From a virus (Duplodnaviria > Heunggongvirae > Uroviricota > Caudoviricetes): a DNA stretch of 64,000 bases. This document shows, in pieces, positions 1 through 9,564 of this stretch (position 1 is the first letter of the stretch; each line of letters starts with the position of its first letter). The stretch lies in IMG/VR virus record IMGVR_UViG_3300032007_000002, one strand, 5' to 3'. Position numbers and translations under genes: made by a program. The notes below the pieces were generated by a model, which was not told the origin of the DNA, did no database searches, and saw nothing but the letters and a program-made list of their open reading frames with translations.

Positions 1-1809
1 GCGGGCACCCTTAAAACGCCCAAAGACGCCATCCTGGATGCTGTCGTTACCGAATATATCCAGTTGGCGGTCGAGGACAGTGCCGGAAACCCGGAAGCAA
101 GCCCATATCAGCTATTCCAAGATTATTTGAGGGACCTCGGAACCCTCGGCGAACGCAGAAAGTTAAAAGTAAAAATTTTAAAACTCGACCAAGAGATTTC
201 GCCAAACAAGGATGACACGCCGGAGGAGCCATTAGTAAAAAATGACCCACCCCCACCCAACGAACAGGCGAACCAGCAGGAAACCGCACCCGTTGAACCC
301 AAACCAGACGTGCAAGAACTCCCGGCTGAACCCGCTGACGGGGGAAAGGCCAAGAAACCCCGCAAATCCGCCCCAAAGAAGGCTGACCTAAAAGCAGCCC
401 TTGACGAGCAGGCGACAAAAATGCAAGCCGCATTCCAGCAAGAACGGGCCAAAATGCAAGCCGACTTCAACCAGCAGCTGGAAGCCGCAAAAACGGGTTT
501 TGAAGCTAAGCAAAAGGCCCTTATTGACGATTTTGATGCACAAAAGGAAAAAATCGTCGCGGACTGCGAAAACGAAATTGCAAAAATCAAGGCAGCAACC
601 AGCAGTGCAAACCAGGCCGATGCCGATGCGGCTACCCAACAGGCTCTCGAAAACGCAAAACAAGAGATAGCCGAGCTCAAAACGTCCTATGGCCAGCAGA
701 TCCGGGAATTGCAATCCACCCAGGAAGCCCAAAAGAAGGAATTGACGGAAGCCAACGAGGCAAAAATCCAGGAACTGCAGGCATCATTTGCTACGCAACT
801 CCAAGAGCTGCAAGCCCAACTCGGGACAGCTGCGTCAGAAAAGCAAACACTGGAAGAACAGCTCCGTGCTGCCCAGTCGGAAAACGAGGCGCTCAAAAAC
901 CAGGAGCACCACGAAGAAAGCGCACCAAATGGCGACGACGAGGGCGACGATGATGATATTCTGCGCCGTACAGGACATATTATCGAACCGGCCGATCCGA
1001 ACGACACGCCCCGTGAGGAAAGGGCCATTCATGAAGATGGGCCGCACGACACAGGCGATGGCGGTCCTGCACATGCAGAATACACCAAGCCGGAGCGCAT
1101 GGGCGCAGACACGACGGCAATGGACGAATGGAACCAGGCGGTAGTTACCCGTTTCGGCTTCCCGTTTATCAACTTCGCCTGCCGGGACATCACCAACCTG
1201 CTCAACGGGGACGATGTCACCAGGAAACGTGCCTACGCAAACATCAAGGACCAGCTCCGCCAGCTTGCCCACCTGCAGACCAGGGGCATCCTCGGCGGGA
1301 TGTGGGATTCCATGATGGAAAGCCCCATCATGCTGTTGAAGACGCTGAAATCCAGCTCATACAGCAAGTGCTACCTGAATACGCTCATCGCCAACGGTCG
1401 CGAAGTCCGCGATACGCCGGATGGCGCCAACCTTACCGTCAGGCCGACCATCTACGGCGACGTGAAGTTCCGTGTCCGCAAGCCGGAGGAAATCCCGATC
1501 AACTTCGTCAACAAGTTCTTTGTCGAGGTTGACCCGTATAGGCAGCTTGGCGTATATCGCAAGTGGACAGGGAACCCCAACGGGACAACGCCGGAGGCAT
1601 ACCTCGACGACAATGCAATCCCGTACACGTCAGTTCTCGCCCCGACGGCAAAGACCAGTTTCAGCCGCAGCGACCTCAGCACCGGTTCGTTCCTGTCCAG
1701 GGTGACCGGGTTCAGGAAGGCTAACTCGATGGTGACCTGTTCAATCGACGGCCACCGCGGCGGTTTCATCATCCCGGCACATATCGCGGACGTCCTGTTC
1801 GCATACTAG
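1..1809 (+). CDS. 5'-truncated hypothetical protein: acidic/Pro-rich region, long Q/E/A/K coiled coil, globular C-terminus
   Basis: Frame is open from base 1 (gcg ggc acc...), so the real start lies upstream of the window; heptad-like QEAQKKELTEANEAKIQELQ region; TAG at 1807-1809. Confidence 0.8.
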   Translation, partial: AGTLKTPKDAILDAVVTEYIQLAVEDSAGNPEASPYQLFQDYLRDLGTLGERRKLKVKILKLDQEISPNKDDTPEEPLVKNDPPPPNEQANQQETAPVEPKPDVQELPAEPADGGKAKKPRKSAPKKADLKAALDEQATKMQAAFQQERAKMQADFNQQLEAAKTGFEAKQKALIDDFDAQKEKIVADCENEIAKIKAATSSANQADADAATQQALENAKQEIAELKTSYGQQIRELQSTQEAQKKELTEANEAKIQELQASFATQLQELQAQLGTAASEKQTLEEQLRAAQSENEALKNQEHHEESAPNGDDEGDDDDILRRTGHIIEPADPNDTPREERAIHEDGPHDTGDGGPAHAEYTKPERMGADTTAMDEWNQAVVTRFGFPFINFACRDITNLLNGDDVTRKRAYANIKDQLRQLAHLQTRGILGGMWDSMMESPIMLLKTLKSSSYSKCYLNTLIANGREVRDTPDGANLTVRPTIYGDVKFRVRKPEEIPINFVNKFFVEVDPYRQLGVYRKWTGNPNGTTPEAYLDDNAIPYTSVLAPTAKTSFSRSDLSTGSFLSRVTGFRKANSMVTCSIDGHRGGFIIPAHIADVLFAY

Positions 1810-1818
1810 GAGACTGCA

Positions 1819-2835
1819 ATGCTAACTAATGTCCTCAAAACCAACCTGATAGCATTTCTCGAAGCGAACATGGCCGACATTTCCAAGGGCACCGACGCAG
1901 GACGCGCCCAGCGTTCCAAGTCGCTGCTCCACTACTACCGCGGTCTAGGAAAGGACCGCGAGGGTAATGCCGTAATCCGGTGGAAAATCCCGTCCCAGAC
2001 CAAGGAAAACGTCATGTACGACTGCTACATCGCCGTGATACCGGCGGGCAAGCAGTCCCTGTTCGCGCTCGCGAAGTCCAGGAGGGACATCCGTTCCCGC
2101 ATGGAGGCGATCAAGAACGCCGATGTCAAGTGCTTCTGCACCTGTCCCGACTTCAACTGGTCGGGCGCCAGATACAACATGAAGCACAAGATGGGCAGCC
2201 TCGAAGAAGGCTTCGAGTCCGTTCCTGGGGTGCCGGACGGCTCCGACATCAAGCCGGTCGTCAGAGATCCGCAGGGAAAGATACTCGTCTGCAAGCACCT
2301 GCTCGCCGCCTTCAAGGGCATGAAAACCAACGCAACCAGCATCATGAAGGATGCCGCAAACTCGCGCTTCACACCAAACGACGGACAGGAAAAACGGGCC
2401 GAGTCCGCCACCGGGGAATTTTTCAAGACCGAAAAGACTGTCCGCAACAAGCCCGAGAAGGAACCGGTCGAGGTGGACAAGGAACTGCTCGAAGAGGCAC
2501 CGGCAAAGGTCGATGCCGCCGAAGAAGCGCTCAACAGCCTTGCCTTCGCGACCGAAAAACTGGACGAAACTACCCCGAAGGCCCCGGAAGAAAACGTCAA
2601 GGCGGCAGTCGAGGAAGTCGAACAGCCGACGGCCGAACCTACGGAAGAAAACACGAAGGAAAGCCTTAGCGAAGTCGGCCTGGGTGAAACCGAAACACAA
2701 CAGGCCCCAGAGCCGGAACCTGCACAGGAACAGAAACCGAAACCGCCCGCTGAAACGCCAGAAGAATACGCACGGCGAAATACCGGGGATCTTAGCGATG
2801 ACGATGCCGAATACCTAATGTCGTTATTCAGCTAA
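1819..2835 (+). CDS. SWIM-type zinc-finger protein with acidic disordered C-terminus
   Basis: CxC...CxH pattern (KCFCTCPDF...VCKHLLAA); AGGAG Shine-Dalgarno at 1808-1812. Confidence 0.75.
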   Translation: MLTNVLKTNLIAFLEANMADISKGTDAGRAQRSKSLLHYYRGLGKDREGNAVIRWKIPSQTKENVMYDCYIAVIPAGKQSLFALAKSRRDIRSRMEAIKNADVKCFCTCPDFNWSGARYNMKHKMGSLEEGFESVPGVPDGSDIKPVVRDPQGKILVCKHLLAAFKGMKTNATSIMKDAANSRFTPNDGQEKRAESATGEFFKTEKTVRNKPEKEPVEVDKELLEEAPAKVDAAEEALNSLAFATEKLDETTPKAPEENVKAAVEEVEQPTAEPTEENTKESLSEVGLGETETQQAPEPEPAQEQKPKPPAETPEEYARRNTGDLSDDDAEYLMSLFS

Positions 2836-2851
2836 CCCAGTTTCCCGGAAA
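2834..2851 (+). promoter_or_regulatory. Variant of the AACCTAGTTT(T)C + hairpin element (AACCCAG TTTC-ccg-GAAA)
   Basis: One mismatch to the motif at 15718, 16501, 28216, 54820 and 61891; intergenic position. Confidence 0.4.
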
Positions 2852-2865
2852 AATACCGTAACCTT

Positions 2866-2874
2866 TCTAAACTA
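2866..2874 (+). promoter_or_regulatory. Putative late promoter variant TCTAAACTA
   Basis: One mismatch to the recurrent TATAAACTA; identical variant at 40929; 18 nt before the ORF. Confidence 0.55.
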
Positions 2875-2891
2875 ACCTCAGAATAACTCCA

Positions 2892-3320
2892 ATGGAGAAA
2901 ACCATGGCTTCTAACCAGAAACTCTACGACCGCGTGTGCAAGGCAGCTGACACGTACACAACCCCCTCCAATGCTCCCCTTATGGAAGCCGTGAAGGAAA
3001 TGGGCAAGGTGTACTTCATGGAAGCTATCCTTGACAGCAAGAAGGTATGCCCCTACTGCGACAAGGATGGCCAATCCAACTACACCTGGGACAAGAACGG
3101 CAAGTTGACCCTCCGCCTCCCGTTCAAGATGCAGTGTCTTAACTGCCAGGGAAGACACTATCTCACCGACGACAACGCGAAGGAAGACTTCCTCAACCAG
3201 GATCACGAAAACCCGGAAGATCTGGACATCTTCGACCAGATGAACGCTGCCGAGTTCGGTGGTTCTGACGAGCGCGGCTGGGCAACCACGACCGACGACC
3301 TCGACCCGGACAACCGCTAG
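2892..3320 (+). CDS. Small zinc-ribbon protein, possible internal head protein (alternative start 2904)
   Basis: CPYC...CLNC; N-terminal LMEA/FMEA motifs resemble prohead-protease sites; late-type promoter upstream. Confidence 0.7.
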   Translation: MEKTMASNQKLYDRVCKAADTYTTPSNAPLMEAVKEMGKVYFMEAILDSKKVCPYCDKDGQSNYTWDKNGKLTLRLPFKMQCLNCQGRHYLTDDNAKEDFLNQDHENPEDLDIFDQMNAAEFGGSDERGWATTTDDLDPDNR

Positions 3321-3357
3321 TCGGGTTCATTACACATCAATGCTTAAATAAAAAGAG

Positions 3358-3379
3358 AACCCCGCGCCGGCGCGGGGTT
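3358..3379. terminator. Bidirectional intrinsic terminator
   Basis: Perfect 22-nt palindrome AACCCCGCGCCGGCGCGGGGTT with A-rich left flank and T-rich right flank, between convergent genes. Confidence 0.85.
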
Positions 3380-3388
3380 TTCTGGTTT

Positions 3389-3964
3389 CTACGGCCAGGT
3401 TTTCCGCCCGGCGAAGCACCACTCGTGGGCCTCCTTCGGAGTATAGCCCCACTTGACCATCTCGTCTTCCAGTTCCTTCCGGTAGAAGTCCCTGCGGGTA
3501 AGTCGGTATTCGGACGGGATCATCGGGACGGAGACCTTCCGGCCCATTTCCAGCTTGCGCTTTGCGAGCACCGGAACAGGGTCGTCCCCGTCCTTAGTCA
3601 GGTAGTCAAAGGCGTTCCCGACCAGTTCGACGATCTGTTCGACCGTCTTCGGGAGCTTCTTGCGGACCATCTTCCGGTAGGCACGGTTCACATCGCACAG
3701 GACCTTGGACAGGATGTCGAAGTCCTCCCAGTCCACATGGGACATCGGGCCGAACTGGAACGTAGCTCCGTCGCGCCCCGCGCCGAAGCTGCCGACAAAC
3801 GGGTAATACGGGACAAGGTCCTTGTCGCTTTCGTTGCGGACCATGTCCTTCCCGACGAATATCCGTATGTTCCTGCGGTATTCCTCCGATGAAGTCCTGC
3901 CTTCCGCGTCGGCGTGCATGTAGAGAAAATCGTATAAGTCGCTCTTTCCAGAAAACCTTGACAT
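3389..3964 (-). CDS. Hypothetical protein (191 aa, MSRFSGKSDLYD...)
   Basis: ATG at 3964 directly follows the stop of the upstream - strand gene; ends at the terminator. Confidence 0.75.
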   Translation of the reverse strand: MSRFSGKSDLYDFLYMHADAEGRTSSEEYRRNIRIFVGKDMVRNESDKDLVPYYPFVGSFGAGRDGATFQFGPMSHVDWEDFDILSKVLCDVNRAYRKMVRKKLPKTVEQIVELVGNAFDYLTKDGDDPVPVLAKRKLEMGRKVSVPMIPSEYRLTRRDFYRKELEDEMVKWGYTPKEAHEWCFAGRKTWP

Positions 3965-3965
3965 G

Positions 3966-4433
3966 TCAAATCTCCCTTGCGTTGTCAACGCCGTGTTTCA
4001 TGATGCACTTCCGGCAGAACGGAAGGATGTAGCCCTGCGTAACATACTTGGCCGGGCGGCCGCACTCGCAGCAGGTATGCCCGGTATCGCTTTCCATGTC
4101 CCATATCAGGTCGTCCAGCTGTCTCACGCACTCATCGGACAACACGCCGGACCAGTATAGCCTGGCCTCCCCGTATTTTTCCTTCGCGTCGATGATGTGG
4201 AAACTGCAGAGCTCCCCGTAACGTTTCAGCAAGGACTTGATGCGGCGGAGATGACGAACAATGACGCGGCGCCACCCGTCAGGATAGCTGTCGAGCAGGG
4301 TATACGAGAAGTCGTAGTCCTCGATGCGACCACCGTCCACCGCCCTCGGTTCGAGGAACGGGAACCGCCAGACGAGCCAGCGGTTACGGAGACTGGTGAG
4401 CGCAGTCAGAAAATGTCGTTTTGGTTTGGGCAT
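3966..4433 (-). CDS. Hypothetical protein with KEKYG-xR-xY motif and C-terminal zinc ribbon
   Basis: AKEKYGEARLYW and TCCECGRP...FCRKC resemble a widespread phage/bacterial hypothetical family; start overlaps the upstream stop (TGATG). Confidence 0.75.
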   Translation of the reverse strand: MPKPKRHFLTALTSLRNRWLVWRFPFLEPRAVDGGRIEDYDFSYTLLDSYPDGWRRVIVRHLRRIKSLLKRYGELCSFHIIDAKEKYGEARLYWSGVLSDECVRQLDDLIWDMESDTGHTCCECGRPAKYVTQGYILPFCRKCIMKHGVDNAREI

Positions 4434-6106
4434 CAGGAAACCTTAGCCAAGCACGGCTGCATTACCGACTGAAAACTATGTTCTCGCGGGTCTGCGGTTT
4501 CCACGGTTCCATGCCCACGCATGGCAAGCGCGTGATAATGACGCTCGATTGCGGAGCGGATCTTCTCCGCGTCACGCTGCGCCGTAGTGGACGGGCGGAG
4601 GATTTCCATTTCCGCCACAGTCATTGTCGGGATGCCTGTCCTGATGAGCTCGGCGTCCATGATTTCCTTCACCGCGTTGACATACTCTGCCGGGACAATG
4701 AGGGAGTCATGGACGGTGCACACGGGGCACCCGATGAACAGGCGCACCAGCGGGATGACGCCCTTGAACACGAAGTCACTTTCGGTGGACTGCATCTCGT
4801 GGGAGAGCGCGGCATAGTTGTCACGCTTCATCGAGTCGATGCAGCGGAGAAGCGTCGGGAAGTCGCGCTTCCAGACCTGGCGCAGCTTCGACCTGACATA
4901 GTGCTTCGCGCGGTCGAAGATAATCGGCGCATACAGGAAAGCGAGCCATTCCTTCTTCACCGTCTTTCTGTCGTTCATGCCGATTTGCTCGGCAAAATAC
5001 TCGTAAATACGGCCTTCGCGGAGCAGTGAACTGAACCGGTCGAGCTCGTCGGAAATCAGCTTCCCGGTAGCCGCGGATTCTTCCGGTCGCCAGAACGGTG
5101 TCAGCTTTACGAACCTCGGTTCCGGGACCATCAGCGGATCGGTGGCAAGGCGCTTCCACATGCCGAACACGCTGCAGAGGAAGGCCGCCTGGGAACTCCT
5201 GATGTCAACGCTGCCGACCGGCGCACCGTCGCAGGACATGCACTGCTCGCGGATTTCCTTCTTCAAGGAGGTAACGTTCGTGTGGACACGGCCATAACGG
5301 TCCTTGACGACATAGGCCGCAATAGGGTCCTCGCCCATGCGGCCAAAGCGCTCGACCTTGTCCATTTCGCCATCCACGCGTTCCTGCGGCACGGTTCCGC
5401 TGTCGGCAAGCCCCTGCATGGTGGCCCTTGCCTTTTCCGCGTCAATCTTGAAGTGAGCCAGGTCGTCATACATGTTGGCGACGTCGTCCTGCTCAAGAAG
5501 GTATTCCTTCCTGCGGACCGCGTCGAGATACAGGCGGCGCTTGGTGAAGATGCTCTCGAACTTGTAGGATCGGAGGGAACCGACCGGGTGGTGCTCGCCG
5601 TTGCCGCACTTGGACTTCCAGCGCGTCCAGAGGTAGCGGAGGTAGTAGGTGGCATAGGCCTCGCCGAGCCAGTAGGCCTTCGAGACGCCCTTGCACTTGG
5701 TAGTGGACTTGCGGTAAGAAGCCGTGTGGCAGATGAACCCGTGGTCGGTCAGCCACTTTACGCAGGCCGGATAGCCGGTCCCTGCGCGATAGCGGAACAG
5801 CGTGCTGTAAAGGTTGCAGTACCAGGAGCTCTCGTGGGTGCGGACGCCGGCGATGTTGTCGTCCTTGAACTTCTCGGACAGGCCCTTGCAGACGTCAAAA
5901 AGGATGACGAGCATGGACTCGTAGAGGCAAAGACGCTGTCTCTTGCCTAAAGCCGAGAAGGAAAGGTCTGCATTGAAGGCAATCTCGAAGGAACGGAAGA
6001 GGAGGGAAGGAAGAAGACAGGTTGGAGAGAAGTCGGACCACGACCGATGGTCGTAGTTGATGTAGGTGTAGTCCAGGGACCCCCGCTTCATGCCACATGT
6101 GTCCAA
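4433..6106 (-). CDS. Family-A (PolA/T7-superfamily) polymerase-like protein with N-terminal winged HTH and no visible exonuclease domain
   Basis: YGRVHT; motif A VDIRSSQ; motif B RKTVKKEWLAFLY; motif C TVHDSL; wHTH-like CVKWLTDHGFI...GVSKAYWL; TTG start with GGAGG (6113-6117) just upstream. Confidence 0.7.
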   Translation of the reverse strand: MDTCGMKRGSLDYTYINYDHRSWSDFSPTCLLPSLLFRSFEIAFNADLSFSALGKRQRLCLYESMLVILFDVCKGLSEKFKDDNIAGVRTHESSWYCNLYSTLFRYRAGTGYPACVKWLTDHGFICHTASYRKSTTKCKGVSKAYWLGEAYATYYLRYLWTRWKSKCGNGEHHPVGSLRSYKFESIFTKRRLYLDAVRRKEYLLEQDDVANMYDDLAHFKIDAEKARATMQGLADSGTVPQERVDGEMDKVERFGRMGEDPIAAYVVKDRYGRVHTNVTSLKKEIREQCMSCDGAPVGSVDIRSSQAAFLCSVFGMWKRLATDPLMVPEPRFVKLTPFWRPEESAATGKLISDELDRFSSLLREGRIYEYFAEQIGMNDRKTVKKEWLAFLYAPIIFDRAKHYVRSKLRQVWKRDFPTLLRCIDSMKRDNYAALSHEMQSTESDFVFKGVIPLVRLFIGCPVCTVHDSLIVPAEYVNAVKEIMDAELIRTGIPTMTVAEMEILRPSTTAQRDAEKIRSAIERHYHALAMRGHGTVETADPREHSFQSVMQPCLAKVS

Positions 6107-6236
6107 AGTTACCCTCCGGTATGCGCCCCATTGGTCTATTCGGGAACGACGGTTAAGAATCTATAAAAAACTTTCCGTCTTCGGAAGAGGTTTATATCAA
6201 AAAACTCCAGAATTCTGCCCCCTGCGGGCTTGAAAA

Positions 6237-6245
6237 TATAAACTA
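6237..6245 (+). promoter_or_regulatory. Putative late promoter TATAAACTA
   Basis: Exact recurrent motif about 35 nt upstream of ATG 6280; resembles the T4 late promoter TATAAATA. Confidence 0.75.
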
Positions 6246-6279
6246 GGGGCGTATTTAACATATATATGGAAGGTGGACC

Positions 6280-9200
6280 ATGGCAGTCATACCCGAAGCG
6301 CTGGTCAAGAAGGAAGCCGGCATCGAAATTCTCAACGACAGGAGCCGCCCGGGGACGGAAACCCTCTGGATGCTGATTGCAGTCCTGTCCAAGTCGGCTG
6401 TGTTTACCGGGACAAAGGGTACGCTTATGGACAAGTACCTTGCATATATCGGGGACCCGGAGACGGTAAATGCGACTTGCGTCGCCCAGTATAGGGTGAC
6501 ATCGACCCAGGTTGCCCAGGCATGTGAACATAAATTTACATTCAACCCAGCAAAGTTCTCGCTTGACCTCGGGGACAACTCATACGACTTGTTTGGTGTC
6601 CCGATGGATCCGCTTTTCTATGGCGCGGTTTTTGCCAACCGAAAGATGGTTGGCGTCATCGACGATACTGACCGCCGTCGCATCAAGCAGGCGTTTGTTG
6701 AAGCGTTGCCCATTGTTGGAAAACTTGCCAAGGTCAACCCGGCAGTGCTGCAACAGATTGGCCCGGCGGGTACGGTCAAGAAGTTTGGACCGATTACACG
6801 GGCGCTCTTCGCCGAAGACGGGACGGTTGACGCCGACATGATTGGTGAACTGTTCGAACTTTGCAATACGGGCGCAAGAACTCTTACCGGAAAGGATGAG
6901 GACGTCCCGGAGTTGGATGGTGCCCATCCCGAAGTGTTGGCAATCGCCAATAAGACGAGTGCGCTCAGTAAGTTCACGGATGACGAGTTCGAGTCATCGG
7001 TGTATGCTCGTTTGGGGGATGTTGCGGCAAGGAATGCCCGCCAGAAGATGCGGTCCGAATTGCAGACGGACAACAAGAAGCCGCAGTTCTTCGTGTTCAA
7101 GCAGGACATTGCGACGGCAAAGGAATATCTGGCCGAACAGGGGAAGCCCCATACCGAATTTGATGCAATCGGCATGCTTGCCGATACCAAGCGAACCGGT
7201 GACCGCAGGTTCCCGCGTTGGGGTGTGATATACCCGGCAAAGTGCATGATTTGCGGTTCGCGAAACCTAATCCTTGGTGACGCCGCGTCGAAGGTGGGCG
7301 GAAAGTGGGAAAACCTTTATTCTGACATTGCCAATTTGAACGATACTTCGGTTTTTGCGGAAGACCCGAAGAAGGGCGATAAAATACGCGCCGAAGTTTT
7401 GCGCGAACTGGTCCATAATGGACAGAAAGGCGAATCACTGGATTTAAGCACGGGGACGGAAACCATTACCGTGCGCCCGCCGTATGCGGTAACCTTTACC
7501 GGTCCTGATGCTGAAGCCAAGATAAATGGCGTCATGAAACTTTTGTATAACGTCGCTACAGGTATCAGGACCCCGCAGAAGACGGTTGCGACTGAGGAGA
7601 TGGCTGCAACCGGCAAGGAAGGCGACAGCATGACTGACTCCGTCGAATACCAGATGTCGAAGGCCATGGAACAAGGCGCGATCGAGAAGGGTAGTGACGA
7701 ACTGCGTGAAATCATCAATGTCCCGAACGAAAATAAGGTGTTTGATGCCGCGGTTCGTATCTTCAAGGAGTTCCCGGAGCTCCAGAAGACCGACGTGTTC
7801 CAGAAAAACAAGGACCTGTTCGCCAAGTATCGTGCCGGACAGCATGAACTTCATTCTACGGGCGCGAACAAGGACCTTCCGCTTGATGAAGATGAGATTG
7901 CTACGCTTGCGGCGGAAACTATTCATGCGATGATAGATAGCCGCGGTGCGGTAGTGACACGTTTCTTCGATCCGTCCAGGTTCCGCATTGTCGAACGTCT
8001 TGGCATTCCGTATATTGCGAACTGGGGGCTTACTGACCAGGGCGAGTATTTGATGCAGCAGTATACGGAAAAAATGAATGAACGTGAGGGGCAGTATGCC
8101 GGCAGCAAGTTTGACGGCGCCACTGTCAGGAACATGTTCCCGTACATGCTGTTGAGACGTCAGTTTGACGCGATGGGCAACAAATGGGCCAGCGGCGCAA
8201 TCAGGGACCTGGTTGCGTTTGAGAGCGACTTGAAGGATTTTCTCGTAAGCCGCCCGGAGCCGGTAGCTGATGCTAATTCGAAGACACTTGGCGAGTTCAA
8301 GGCATCGGTCATGAATGGCATCCAGGGAACGCCCAATGACGCGGCGAAGGCCTTGTCTGGCGAAATTCAGAAATTGAAGGCCCAGATTAACCTGGGTAAC
8401 CTTGGTGTGACCCTTGGTGATGCGTCGGAAGAAGTTATTTCGACCGAAGGTTATGACGAGCTCATGTGCACGCTGTTTGCGCACCAGTATCAGGACCAGG
8501 AGGCCCGCATAAAGTATTACCGCGGCCATTTGAGCGGCACCGGTGAGAAGAGCGGTATTTTGGACATGATGCAATGTTCTCATCTTAGCGAATTGGGTGA
8601 GAAGCTGATGCAGCGGAACCATGACTTGTTTGATGACATTGCGGTTGTCGCGCATGACAAGTATGAGGCAATGCTTGACGACAAGGTGGATGCCGCAAAA
8701 CGTAAGCAGCTCCGCATCGAAGCCGACAATGTCATCTTTGAAATGTTTGACATGGCGGTCGTGAATGCTGCCGTGAAGGGCATTGGTGCAATCATTGCCG
8801 CAATTTCCCCGGTCTTGCTGAACGGCGGGTCTATTCCGCTGGTCGGCATTGTGTCGTCGGCGGAATTTGGCCATACTTTTGACATTGCCGTCAAGTATGT
8901 TACCAGCCCTGAGCCGGAAACATTGACGATGGGTCCGATTGGGTTACTGCTTGACAGTTTCCTCGGCAAGTATTATGATTTCGGTGACAGTGTTGTTGCC
9001 GCGATTGGTAACCCGTTGAAGGAAGGCGATTACGAAGGGCTTGGCGAAGTCCTGCGGCATATCTATTTGACTGACCGAGACGTGGGAGAAATGTCCATTA
9101 TCACTATCCCTGGCCTGCGTCCTACTCCGAAACCGATACCGACTGGTAAACTCAATACCGAGGTGCGCAACATTGACCGCGCTGGGGATCGTGCTGGCAG

Positions 9201-9561
9201 TATTCGTAATGCACATGACGACAAGTGGCTTGCCTCTGTGATGCCGAATGATGAAGATGACGGGGACCTGCTTAAGCAGATCCGTCAGATGAAGGCCGAA
9301 CGAGCACTCGCACTTCAAAAGAAGAACGGCACCCAGCCTGCTGCCGAGCAGAAACCGGCCGAAACCGAGACCAAGGCCAAGGAAGCGCCGGAACAGACGC
9401 CGGAAAACATTGACTGGTCTACCACGATGTCGGATGTTGCTGCCCATGCAAACGATCGTGCCGTCGATGATGAGCAGACGCCAGATGCTGCCGAAGGCTA
9501 CAACTATGCCGAAACGTTCGATGACGGGTATAGTGAAGACGAACCTACGCGTGATTTCTAA
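6280..9561 (+). CDS. Large hypothetical late protein (1093 aa), probably virion-associated
   Basis: Long ORF with late-type promoter, one CxxC (CMICG), mostly helical-looking, acidic tail; no family recognised. Confidence 0.8.
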   Translation: MAVIPEALVKKEAGIEILNDRSRPGTETLWMLIAVLSKSAVFTGTKGTLMDKYLAYIGDPETVNATCVAQYRVTSTQVAQACEHKFTFNPAKFSLDLGDNSYDLFGVPMDPLFYGAVFANRKMVGVIDDTDRRRIKQAFVEALPIVGKLAKVNPAVLQQIGPAGTVKKFGPITRALFAEDGTVDADMIGELFELCNTGARTLTGKDEDVPELDGAHPEVLAIANKTSALSKFTDDEFESSVYARLGDVAARNARQKMRSELQTDNKKPQFFVFKQDIATAKEYLAEQGKPHTEFDAIGMLADTKRTGDRRFPRWGVIYPAKCMICGSRNLILGDAASKVGGKWENLYSDIANLNDTSVFAEDPKKGDKIRAEVLRELVHNGQKGESLDLSTGTETITVRPPYAVTFTGPDAEAKINGVMKLLYNVATGIRTPQKTVATEEMAATGKEGDSMTDSVEYQMSKAMEQGAIEKGSDELREIINVPNENKVFDAAVRIFKEFPELQKTDVFQKNKDLFAKYRAGQHELHSTGANKDLPLDEDEIATLAAETIHAMIDSRGAVVTRFFDPSRFRIVERLGIPYIANWGLTDQGEYLMQQYTEKMNEREGQYAGSKFDGATVRNMFPYMLLRRQFDAMGNKWASGAIRDLVAFESDLKDFLVSRPEPVADANSKTLGEFKASVMNGIQGTPNDAAKALSGEIQKLKAQINLGNLGVTLGDASEEVISTEGYDELMCTLFAHQYQDQEARIKYYRGHLSGTGEKSGILDMMQCSHLSELGEKLMQRNHDLFDDIAVVAHDKYEAMLDDKVDAAKRKQLRIEADNVIFEMFDMAVVNAAVKGIGAIIAAISPVLLNGGSIPLVGIVSSAEFGHTFDIAVKYVTSPEPETLTMGPIGLLLDSFLGKYYDFGDSVVAAIGNPLKEGDYEGLGEVLRHIYLTDRDVGEMSIITIPGLRPTPKPIPTGKLNTEVRNIDRAGDRAGSIRNAHDDKWLASVMPNDEDDGDLLKQIRQMKAERALALQKKNGTQPAAEQKPAETETKAKEAPEQTPENIDWSTTMSDVAAHANDRAVDDEQTPDAAEGYNYAETFDDGYSEDEPTRDF

Positions 9562-9564
9562 GGA

